A stretch of 31,809 bases of DNA from assembly GCA_031256815.1 (NCBI GenBank), contig JAIRPU010000029.1:1-31809 (forward strand), read 5' to 3'. The translations under genes and the position numbers were made by a program. Below, one piece after another: positions 18,245 through 26,217 of the stretch (position 1 is its first letter; each line of letters begins with the position of its first letter). The notes under the pieces were generated by a model. That model had not been told where the DNA came from and made no database searches. It saw only the letters and a program-made list of their open reading frames with translations. Origin of the DNA: Spirochaetaceae bacterium (lineage in GTDB: Bacteria; Spirochaetota; Spirochaetia; Treponematales; Breznakiellaceae).

Positions 18245-20047
18245 CTATTTTTCTAAAAGCCGCTCTAACTCGTCAACAAGTCCGGAAAACACAGCGCAGG
18301 CGGCGCCGACCGGTTCCGGCTCTGACATATCCACGCCGGCAGCCTTTAGCGAATCAATCGGGAAGCGTGAGCCGCCGGACGACAGGAACGAAAAATAATC
18401 TTCGCGCTCATCTTTGCCGCCGCCAAGCACACGTCCGGCAAGCGCCAAAGACGCCGAAATTCCAGTTGAATACTTGTAAACATAAAACGCCCTGTAAAAA
18501 TGCGGTATTCGCAGCGCTTCAAGGTCGCTGCAAGCTTCCAGCTCAACGCCATCGCCAAAATATTTTTTTAACAGCCCGCGGTAAACAGAACGGAGCGTTT
18601 CTATGGTAAGCGGTTCGCCGCGTTCTTCCTGTTCGTGCGTTAATTTTTCAAACTCTGCAAACATTGTCTGCCTGTAAAGCGTAGCAAGAATGTCGTCCGC
18701 GCGCTTGTTTACAATATAAAGCATAAGTTCAGGCGAGCCTGACTTCTCTTTTAAATAACGGTAAAGCAGTTCTTCGTTAAATGTGCTTGCCACTTCGGCT
18801 TCAAAAATTGAATAATTATAATGCGAAAACGGATTCGACTTTGCAGAATAAAATGAATGCATTGAATGTCCGCCTTCATGGGCAAGCGTAAACACATCCC
18901 TTATGGAATCTTCTTTGTAATTCATAAGAATATACGGAGGAGCCGTATATGAACCTGCCGAAAACGCGCCGCTGCGCTTGCCTTTGTTTTCGTATTTATC
19001 CGCCCAGCCGCCCGAAAGTCCGCCGCGCAGTGTATTAACGTATTCATTCCCCAGAGGGGCAAGAGCGCAGCAGATAAGCTCTACCGCTTCGTTCCAGCTT
19101 GTTTTCTTTTTTACATCCGCGCTAACAGGGGCGTAAACATCGTAATGACACATCCGCTCCAGTTTGAGCGTCCGTTTTTTTAGCGCATAATAGCGGTGTA
19201 AAGGCGCAAGATTTTTACTTATTGTGGAAATTAAATTGTCGTAAACAGAAAGCGGAACGTTGTCCGGAAACAGCGCCGCTTCCCTTGCTGAGGCAAAACC
19301 GCGGATTCGCGCCCTTATAACATCCTGTTTTACAGAACCGCCGTAAAGCGCGGCAAGCGTTGTTTTATGAGAGTCGTAACAGCTATAAAAAGCATCGTAT
19401 GCGCGTTTTCGCAAATCGCGGTTTTCGCTCTCCATAAAAACAGACCATGTAGATTGAGAAAGCGGGCGCGGCCCTTCCTCCGTATCTATTGTGCCAAAAT
19501 CAAAGTCAACATTTGTAAGAACACTAAAAGCATCTCCCGCTATTCCAGAGGCTTCGTTTTGCAGCGCAATTAGACGCTCTTCTTTATCAGTTAAAATGTG
19601 CGGTTTCCAGCGCAAAATTATTTTAAGATAAATTAAATATTCGCTTAAACATTCTTCTTTAAGAAAACCGGTGATTTTATCGTTGTCTATAGCCTGAATT
19701 TCAGGTATAGCCCACGAAATTCCGGCGGCGGCTTTGGCGCTTGCGATAGTCATTTTGCCCGTCATAACACGCGCTTCGTTTGCGCCTTCGTCTTCGCACT
19801 GCCTTAGGTCGGCATAATATGCCAGCCGCTCTTCAAGTATAGAAAAATCGCGGTAAAAATTGAGGTATTCGGCCAGCGAACCGGCGCTTTTACCCAAACT
19901 GCCCTTGAAGCCGGGCAGCTTCTCCGCGCGAAGCGCATATTCAGAAAACGCCTTTTCCCACTCGGCATCGTTTGCAAAAAGTCCGGAAAGGTTCCATTTA
20001 TCATTTTGCGCAATTTGTGAACGTAAAGGAATATCAGCTTTATTCAT
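18245..20047 (-). CDS. pepF: oligoendopeptidase F (M3B)
   Basis: WNLSGLF, W.DKYENKGKRSGAFS, TLAHEGGHSMHS (HExxH), AEVASTFNE and IPHFYRAFYVYKY. Start moved to ATG 20047. Confidence 0.95.
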   Translation of the reverse strand: MNKADIPLRSQIAQNDKWNLSGLFANDAEWEKAFSEYALRAEKLPGFKGSLGKSAGSLAEYLNFYRDFSILEERLAYYADLRQCEDEGANEARVMTGKMTIASAKAAAGISWAIPEIQAIDNDKITGFLKEECLSEYLIYLKIILRWKPHILTDKEERLIALQNEASGIAGDAFSVLTNVDFDFGTIDTEEGPRPLSQSTWSVFMESENRDLRKRAYDAFYSCYDSHKTTLAALYGGSVKQDVIRARIRGFASAREAALFPDNVPLSVYDNLISTISKNLAPLHRYYALKKRTLKLERMCHYDVYAPVSADVKKKTSWNEAVELICCALAPLGNEYVNTLRGGLSGGWADKYENKGKRSGAFSAGSYTAPPYILMNYKEDSIRDVFTLAHEGGHSMHSFYSAKSNPFSHYNYSIFEAEVASTFNEELLYRYLKEKSGSPELMLYIVNKRADDILATLYRQTMFAEFEKLTHEQEERGEPLTIETLRSVYRGLLKKYFGDGVELEACSDLEALRIPHFYRAFYVYKYSTGISASLALAGRVLGGGKDEREDYFSFLSSGGSRFPIDSLKAAGVDMSEPEPVGAACAVFSGLVDELERLLEK

Positions 20048-20130
20048 ACTAATAATATGCAGAAGTTTAACCAAAAAGTTAAGCCGCCAGTCTCTGCGCG
20101 CAGTCAGAGGCGGTTAAACCCTTGAAACGT

Positions 20131-20226
20131 CTGCCGCGGGCAGCCTGCCGCGGACAGCCTGCATTTCGCGCCGTGGGCAGCCGCAGGCAGTCTCCGCCAG
20201 CCCCGCGCCAACCGATTAGCCGGCGG
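20131..20226 (+). repeat. direct repeat copy 1 (left of the GT2 gene)
   Basis: CTGCCGCGGRCAGC x2 (20131-58), then CTGCATTTCGCGCCG...CAGCCGCAGG.AGTCTCCGCCAGCCCCGCGCCAACCGATTAGCC; homologous to 21518-21649. Confidence 0.9.
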
Positions 20227-20249
20227 CAGGCGCTTTCTTAACAAAACTG

Positions 20250-20280
20250 TTGACGGGGGGGGGGGGGTAAATGTTACGCT
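20250..20280 (+). promoter_or_regulatory. sigma70-type promoter with a G13 homopolymer in the spacer
   Basis: TTGACG (20250-55), G-run 20255-20267, TGn-TACGCT (20272-80); present spacer is 19 bp. Confidence 0.65.
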
Positions 20281-20299
20281 AAAAGGAAACGCTGCCTGC

Positions 20300-21085
20300 A
20301 TGAAATTATGCGCAGCAGAGTTTAACACTATTAAAAATGGACGGTTTATTATGGTCAGTTTTGTGATGCTTACATGGAACAGAAAACAGTTTGTTGAAAA
20401 AATGTTTTCTTCATTTTATAAATCCAAAAGCGAAAAATATAATTATGAATTTTTAATTATTGATAACGGCTCAATTGATGGAACGGCATCATTGTTAAAA
20501 GAAGCAGAAAAAAATGACCCGCATATTAAGATATGGTATAATAAAAAAAATAAATCATTAAATGAATATAAAAAACTTTTTAACAGAAGCAAAGGAGATT
20601 ATATAATAATTATTGATGATGATGTTATTGAGTTTCCGAAAGATTTTGATAAAATAATGGTTGATTTTATCAATGTATTTTATGATTTTGGATTTATTGC
20701 ATTGGATGTAATACAAAATGAATTTACAAACGGAGCAAAACCGGAATTAAAATTTTATAAAGATATTTTAAAGAACGGGCTTACAATAAGTGAAGGGCCG
20801 GCAGGAGGCTGGTGTTCGATATTTAGAAAAACTGATTACAAAAAAATAAAATTCAAAATGGCCGGTAAAAGACTTGATATGAAAAATGGTGAAGACGGCG
20901 TATTGTGCTACCTGTTTGAGAATATTCTTGGACTAAAACAAGGGCTAACAAAAGGAATAAAATGTTTTCATGCGTGCGGCCCCTGGTATTCAAAAGAGTT
21001 TGGATATTTAGACCGTGATATACAAAAGTATAAAGCTTCCGGTCTCGATAATTTTGTGGAATTATACAATAAATACAAAGCATAA
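20300..21085 (+). CDS. glycosyltransferase family 2 (GT-A fold)
   Basis: VSFVMLTWNR, FLIIDNGSIDGT and SKGDYIIIIDDD (DxD); visibly AT-rich. Start is ATG 20300 or 20351. Confidence 0.9.
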   Translation: MKLCAAEFNTIKNGRFIMVSFVMLTWNRKQFVEKMFSSFYKSKSEKYNYEFLIIDNGSIDGTASLLKEAEKNDPHIKIWYNKKNKSLNEYKKLFNRSKGDYIIIIDDDVIEFPKDFDKIMVDFINVFYDFGFIALDVIQNEFTNGAKPELKFYKDILKNGLTISEGPAGGWCSIFRKTDYKKIKFKMAGKRLDMKNGEDGVLCYLFENILGLKQGLTKGIKCFHACGPWYSKEFGYLDRDIQKYKASGLDNFVELYNKYKA

Positions 21086-21228
21086 CAAGGCAAAACTCCG
21101 GCTGGCAATCGGAAAAAGAAGACTGGTTTTGATATTGCATTTTATTTGGAAACAAAGGCGGCTGCAGACACTCGCGCAAGCGATTGAAGCGGAATTTGCA
21201 AGCGAAGCAAAGCAAATTGTAGCGGAAA

Positions 21229-21482
21229 GCGCGGTTTTTGCCGGAGGCGACCGCGCTTCGCGCGGCCTTATCGCCAGACACGGCCTGCGCCTTATCGCCG
21301 GCCCGCGGCCTGCGCGTTGCGCAGGCCGCGTAACAACGGCCGCCACACCGCAGACGCGGTGTGGCGGCGTACGGGCTGGCGAAACCGCACGCGGTTTCGC
21401 CAGCTTGCCGGTAGAGGCCGCCCGCAACGCCGTTTCGCGGGCGGCCTCTACCGCAGCGCTTCTGCCTCCGGCACAAATGCGC
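21229..21482. other. multi-hairpin GC-rich element (five internal hairpins plus closing stem)
   Basis: Stems at 21251-65, 21304-30, 21339-68, 21375-404 and 21409-53; 21239-48 is the perfect reverse complement of 21464-73. Confidence 0.8.
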
Positions 21483-21517
21483 CCAAAATACCATAAATAC
21501 ATATACCCTGATGATTG

Positions 21518-21649
21518 CTGCCGCGGACAGCCTGCATTTCGCGCCGCCGGCAGACGCGGACAGCCGCAGGTAGTCTCCGCCAGCCCCGCGCCAACCGATT
21601 AGCCTGCGGCAGTCTCCACCAGCCCCCGCGCCAGCCGATTAGCCGGCGG
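21518..21649 (+). repeat. direct repeat copy 2 (right of the GT2 gene), with a duplicated ~39-bp sub-module
   Basis: Matches 20145-20226. The sub-module AGTCTCC.CCAGCCCC(C)GCGCCA.CCGATTAGCC occurs twice here and once in copy 1. Confidence 0.9.
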
Positions 21650-21663
21650 ACTCAAGAAGCCGC

Positions 21664-21693
21664 TTGACAAAAAAATTGGACTGCGTGTATCAT
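21664..21693 (+). promoter_or_regulatory. sigma70 promoter of the ABC operon
   Basis: TTGACA (21664-69), 18 bp, TATCAT (21688-93). Confidence 0.65.
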
Positions 21694-21849
21694 AATAATG
21701 CGCTGATGAATCGCGCATTCCACCCTCGAACAGGGTTTTACCATTCTTTTATTAACTATTCCATGACGGAATAAACACGGAGATGAACTCCCAAAAACGG
21801 GCATTGCGCCCATAAAAAGCCATGCCGGCGGCGTGGCGAAGGAGTTTAT

Positions 21850-23463
21850 ATGTTTATTTATCTTAGAAGCATTTTAACCGCAAGATGCATTTTTGCACTG
21901 GCGGCCGCGTTGGGCATGAGTTTGAGTTTCGGCTCGTGCGCAAAAAAAAGCGCCGGAACAGGGGCGCCAGACCAGCTGATACTGGCTGTAGGCGGAGAAC
22001 CAGACGAAGGTTTTGACCCCTGTACCGGCTGGGGACGTTACGGTTCACCTCTCTTTCAAAGCACACTGCTTGAATTTGACAAGGACATGAATTTTTCTTA
22101 TGACCTTGCAGAAGACTATTCGGTAAGCGCCAACGGGCTCGTGTGGACTTTTCGTATCCGCAGAGATGCGAAGTTTACCGATGGCACGAATGTTAACGCC
22201 CGTGATGTGGCATTCACCTACAACACGGCAAAACAAACCGACAGCGAAGTTGACCTTACCCGTATGAAAGAAGCCAGAGCAGTCAATGATACAACCGTTG
22301 AATTTGTGCTGAATACCCCTATGTCCGCCTTCCCGTATATCGCGGTAACTCTCGGTATTGTTCCAGAAAATATATACACGCAGAATCCGCAGGCCTACGG
22401 ACAAAAGCCGGTTGGCTCCGGCCCCTACAAGTTTGTGCAGTGGGACAAGGGCCAGCAGCTCATTGTTGAACGCAACGATGATTATTACGGGCAAATGCCC
22501 GCCTTTAAACGGCTTGTCCTGCTTTTCTACGACACCGATGCGGCGCTTGCCTCGGTTTTGTCAGGAGAGGCGGATATAGCGATGACGGTTCCGGCGCTGG
22601 TGCGCGACATACCCGGCTATACCCTGCTCCGCTGTTTAAGCGTTGATAACAGGGGCGTAAGCTTTCCCGCAACAAAAAGCGGTACAAAAAACGCCGATGG
22701 GCTTCCCGTTGGGAACGATGTAACCAGCGACATTGCGATTCGCAAGGCGCTTATCTACGGAATTGACCGGGATGCCATTGTAAACGATGCCCTGCGCGGT
22801 TACGGCAGACGCGCCGATTCAGCCTGCGATAACCTGCCCTGGTGGAATCCGCAAACCCGTATTAGCGACAAAGATGCCGATGGCCAAAAAAAGGCGCTTG
22901 ACGCGGCAGGCTGGATTGAAGGCAGCGGCGGTATTCGCGAAAAAAATGGCCTGCGCGCCTCATTCGAGCTTATGTATCCCGCAAACGACAGTCTTCGCCA
23001 GGCTATAGCGCTGGAGTTTGCACGCCAGGCACGGGCGCTCGGCATTGAGGTTAAACCACTTGGAGGAAGCTGGGACGACATTGGCAGGCGTATGTACGAA
23101 ACACCGGTAGAGTTCGGCTGGGGCGCTCATAATCCCATGGAAATATACAACCTCTACTACGGCAAATACGCCACCGACGGGTATAACAATCTTACCAACA
23201 TGGTAAATCCCGCCGTAGACCGCTACATGGATGCTGCCCTTGCCGCGCTCAGCTACGAAGAGGCGATAAAAAACTGGCGGCTTGCCCAATGGGACGGCGT
23301 AACCGGTTTTTCAAGCCTGGGGGACGCGACCTGGTGCTGGCTGGTAGACATCGACCACCTGTACTATGTCCGCTCAAATCTTGATACGGGGAATCAGCGT
23401 ATTCATCCGCACGGCCATGGCTTCCCGATTATATCGAATATCAAAGAATGGAAGCGCAAGTGA
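21850..23463 (+). CDS. ABC transporter substrate-binding lipoprotein, family 5 (NikA/DppA/OppA-like)
   Basis: Lipobox FGSC; WTFRIR.D.KFTDG, PVGSGPYKF and IRKAL.YGIDR; C-terminal IHPHGHG; AAGGAG RBS. Confidence 0.92.
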   Translation: MFIYLRSILTARCIFALAAALGMSLSFGSCAKKSAGTGAPDQLILAVGGEPDEGFDPCTGWGRYGSPLFQSTLLEFDKDMNFSYDLAEDYSVSANGLVWTFRIRRDAKFTDGTNVNARDVAFTYNTAKQTDSEVDLTRMKEARAVNDTTVEFVLNTPMSAFPYIAVTLGIVPENIYTQNPQAYGQKPVGSGPYKFVQWDKGQQLIVERNDDYYGQMPAFKRLVLLFYDTDAALASVLSGEADIAMTVPALVRDIPGYTLLRCLSVDNRGVSFPATKSGTKNADGLPVGNDVTSDIAIRKALIYGIDRDAIVNDALRGYGRRADSACDNLPWWNPQTRISDKDADGQKKALDAAGWIEGSGGIREKNGLRASFELMYPANDSLRQAIALEFARQARALGIEVKPLGGSWDDIGRRMYETPVEFGWGAHNPMEIYNLYYGKYATDGYNNLTNMVNPAVDRYMDAALAALSYEEAIKNWRLAQWDGVTGFSSLGDATWCWLVDIDHLYYVRSNLDTGNQRIHPHGHGFPIISNIKEWKRK

Positions 23464-24473
23464 AAGCTCAAGCCCTCCGCGCCTTTACATTGAAAACCAA
23501 TGCCCTCCGCGCCGTTGCCTGGTTTTTCTGCAAAACACTGATGCTCTTTCTCGCGGTAAGCCTGGCGGCATTTACGCTGCTGCGCTTATCGCCAATTGAC
23601 CCGGTACAGGCGTATATCGGGGCGGACGCCTCAGTTTCCAATGAACAAAAAGCCCGAATCGCCGAACGCTGGGGGCTTAACGAAGCGCCGCACCGGCAGT
23701 ACCTCAAATGGCTTGGTAATATATGCCGCGGCGATTTCGGAGAATCGGTGATTTTCCGGCTGCCGGTGCTTACCGTTGTCAAAGAACGCGCCCTGGCATC
23801 TTTTGCGTTAATGGGATTCGCGTGGCTCTTCTCCGGCGCGGCGGGTTTTTTACTTGGCGTGCTTGCCGGCACATTCCACGGCAAATGGCCGGACAAACTC
23901 ATTACAACATGGTGCCTGATTCTGGCAAGCGCCCCAACCTTCTGGCTTGCCCTGGTTTTATTAATCATCTTTTCGGTTAGTCTGGGTATTTTCCCGCTAG
24001 GACTCGCCGCGCCCGCCGGAAAACTTGCCGCGGAGGTTAGTTTTGGCGAACGTATCCATCATCTTGTACTGCCCTGCCTTGCGCTTGCCCTCTCCGGAGT
24101 TTCATATATTGCAATGCAAACAAGGCAGAAGTTGTGCGAAGTTCTTGAACAAGACTATGTTATTTACGCGCGCGCCCGCGGCGAAACTCAACTGCGGATT
24201 ATTCTTCGCCATGGGCTTCGCAATATCGCGCTGCCGGCGCTTACCCTGCAATTTCTTTCTTTTTCCGAATTGTTTGGCGGCTCTGTGCTTGCCGAACAGG
24301 TATTTGCGTATCCCGGACTTGGACGCACCGCAGTTATGGCGGGAATGCAAAGCGATGCGCCGCTGCTCCTGGGAATTACGCTTTTTTCGGCATTATTCGT
24401 ATTTACAGGAAACACCATAGCAAACTCGTTATACCACATCATAAATCCGGAGGTAAAAAAACATTATGATTAA
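23448..24473 (+). CDS. ABC transporter permease (OppB/DppB/NikB-like)
   Basis: LSPIDPV, GDFGES, HHLVLPC, EQDYV.YARARG (EAA loop) and EQVFAYPGLG. Alternative GTG start at 23460. Confidence 0.92.
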   Translation: MEAQVKAQALRAFTLKTNALRAVAWFFCKTLMLFLAVSLAAFTLLRLSPIDPVQAYIGADASVSNEQKARIAERWGLNEAPHRQYLKWLGNICRGDFGESVIFRLPVLTVVKERALASFALMGFAWLFSGAAGFLLGVLAGTFHGKWPDKLITTWCLILASAPTFWLALVLLIIFSVSLGIFPLGLAAPAGKLAAEVSFGERIHHLVLPCLALALSGVSYIAMQTRQKLCEVLEQDYVIYARARGETQLRIILRHGLRNIALPALTLQFLSFSELFGGSVLAEQVFAYPGLGRTAVMAGMQSDAPLLLGITLFSALFVFTGNTIANSLYHIINPEVKKHYD

Positions 24474-25299
24474 AAAAATTACGCTTCCACTGCGCAGGCG
24501 TATCGTCATCACCCTTGGTTTATGCGCCATGCTCTTTGTACTCGTTTTTGCAAAAGGGCTCACCATGCCCCCAAGTGCATGGGATGTCGACTTTAACGCG
24601 ATAAACCAGCCGCCATCGTGGAAACACTTTTTTGGCACCGACTGGCTGGGACGCGATATGTTTTCGCGCACAGTAAAGGGGCTTACAACAAGCATCGTAA
24701 TAGGACTTATCGCTTCGCTTATAAGCGCGGCGCTTGCCGTTGTGCTGGGCATTGCCGCGGCAAGCCTTGGCAGGAAGGTGGATGCCTTTGTAAACGGCAT
24801 GGTAAACGTATTTTTAAGCGTACCTCATTTAATCCTTCTCGTTTTAATCGCAATAGCCTGCGGAAAAGGATTGCAGGGCGTATTAATCGGAGTAGCGGCA
24901 ACACACTGGACTTCTCTGGCGCGTATAATCCGCGCAGAAGTGCTTGCACTGAAAAACGCCCGCTACATTTCCTGCGCGCAGGCATTCGGTAAAAGCAATT
25001 TATGGATAGCGGGCGTTCACTTTTTGCCGCATATAATTCCACAGTGTATAATCGGCGTAGTGCTGCTATTTCCACATTCAATACTGCACGAATCATCGGT
25101 AACATTTTTGGGTTTTGGGCTTTCTCCAGAACAGCCGGCAATAGGCGTAATTCTTTCTGAATCGATGCGCTACCTAAGCGCCGGCCTCTGGCACCTTGCC
25201 GTGTTCCCCGGCCTTTCGCTGCTGATAATCGTAATGCTTTTCGATATTGCAGGCGAACAGCTCCGCCTTATACTGAACCCCGGAACGGCGCATTTGTAG
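24466..25299 (+). CDS. ABC transporter permease (OppC/DppC/NikC-like)
   Basis: HFFGTDWLGRD, IIRAEVL.LK..RYI..A..FG and ESSVTFLGFG. Confidence 0.92.
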   Translation: MIKKITLPLRRRIVITLGLCAMLFVLVFAKGLTMPPSAWDVDFNAINQPPSWKHFFGTDWLGRDMFSRTVKGLTTSIVIGLIASLISAALAVVLGIAAASLGRKVDAFVNGMVNVFLSVPHLILLVLIAIACGKGLQGVLIGVAATHWTSLARIIRAEVLALKNARYISCAQAFGKSNLWIAGVHFLPHIIPQCIIGVVLLFPHSILHESSVTFLGFGLSPEQPAIGVILSESMRYLSAGLWHLAVFPGLSLLIIVMLFDIAGEQLRLILNPGTAHL

Positions 25300-25308
25300 G
25301 AAAAATAT

Positions 25309-26217
25309 ATGTTACAGGTAAAAAATCTTTCTATAGCGTTTAACCGTTACACCAGCACGCTGCTTGCGCGGGAAAAACTCGAAGTAATTTCTTCGTTAGA
25401 CCTCGAAGTAAAAGCAGGAGAAGTACACGCCATTATCGGTTCCTCAGGTTCGGGAAAAAGCCTCCTTGCCCATGCGATACTCGGTATTTTGCCGCCCAAC
25501 GCCGAAGTGCATGGCGACATTATCTATAACGGAGAGCCGCTTTCCGCAAAACGCCTTAACAAGCTGCGCGGAAACGAAATAGCGTTTATTCCGCAATCGG
25601 TGAGTTTTCTGGATCCAAGTATGAAGACCCTTGCCCAAATTGCCGGCGTAAAATATTCCGAAGCGGATGTGCGCGCAATTATCAAACGTTATTCACTTGA
25701 CGAAAGTGTGCTTGAAAAATATCCGCATGAACTTTCGGGAGGCATGGCGCGGCGCGTACTTGTAGCCGCTGCCGTGCTTGGCGGGGCAAAACTTGTAATT
25801 GCCGATGAACCAACCCCCGGCCTTTCCGAAAATCTTGCCCGCGAAGCACTCGGCCACCTTAGGGAACTTGCCGATTCAGGCTGCGCCGTGCTGCTTATTA
25901 CCCACGATATTGCGCTTGCGCTTAACGTTGCCGGCCGTGTTTCCATTTTTTACGCCGGTCTTACCGTTGAAACAGCGCCGCGCCCGGACTTCAGCGGAGA
26001 CGGCGAAAAACTGCGTCATCCTTACAGCAGAGCGTTATGGAAAGCTATGCCACAAAACGGCTTTGTTCCGCTTGCCGGCGTCCAGCCTTACGCCTGCGGA
26101 GACAAACAGATATGCCCTTTCTACTCCCGCTGCGCCTGCGCCGCGCCGGAGTGCCGTGCGGAAATTCCATTGCGTCCTCTGCGCGGCGGTTTTGTGAGGT
26201 GCGTCCGTGAAGCTTGA
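25309..26217 (+). CDS. ABC transporter ATP-binding protein (OppD/DppD-like)
   Basis: GSSGSGKS Walker A, YPHELSGGM, IADEPT, ITHD, HPYSRAL and Cys-rich C-terminus. Confidence 0.95.
   Translation: MLQVKNLSIAFNRYTSTLLAREKLEVISSLDLEVKAGEVHAIIGSSGSGKSLLAHAILGILPPNAEVHGDIIYNGEPLSAKRLNKLRGNEIAFIPQSVSFLDPSMKTLAQIAGVKYSEADVRAIIKRYSLDESVLEKYPHELSGGMARRVLVAAAVLGGAKLVIADEPTPGLSENLAREALGHLRELADSGCAVLLITHDIALALNVAGRVSIFYAGLTVETAPRPDFSGDGEKLRHPYSRALWKAMPQNGFVPLAGVQPYACGDKQICPFYSRCACAAPECRAEIPLRPLRGGFVRCVREA

Noticed and set aside
21229-21482. tRNA, tmRNA, RNase P or SRP RNA
   Set aside because: No T-loop GTTCRA, RNase P GAGGAAAGTCC or SRP GGAAG/AGCAG motif was found.
20853-21602. ORFs 21015..21602 (+), 20853..21494 (-) and 21062..21502 (-) as real genes
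   Set aside because: They overlap the GT2 3' end and run through GC-rich palindromes that lack stop codons; Ala/Arg/Pro-rich with no domain.
21697-21849. Cobalamin, NiCo or SAM riboswitch in the ABC leader
   Set aside because: The conserved aptamer sequences (B12 box, SAM-I core) are not present; kept only as an unassigned structured leader.
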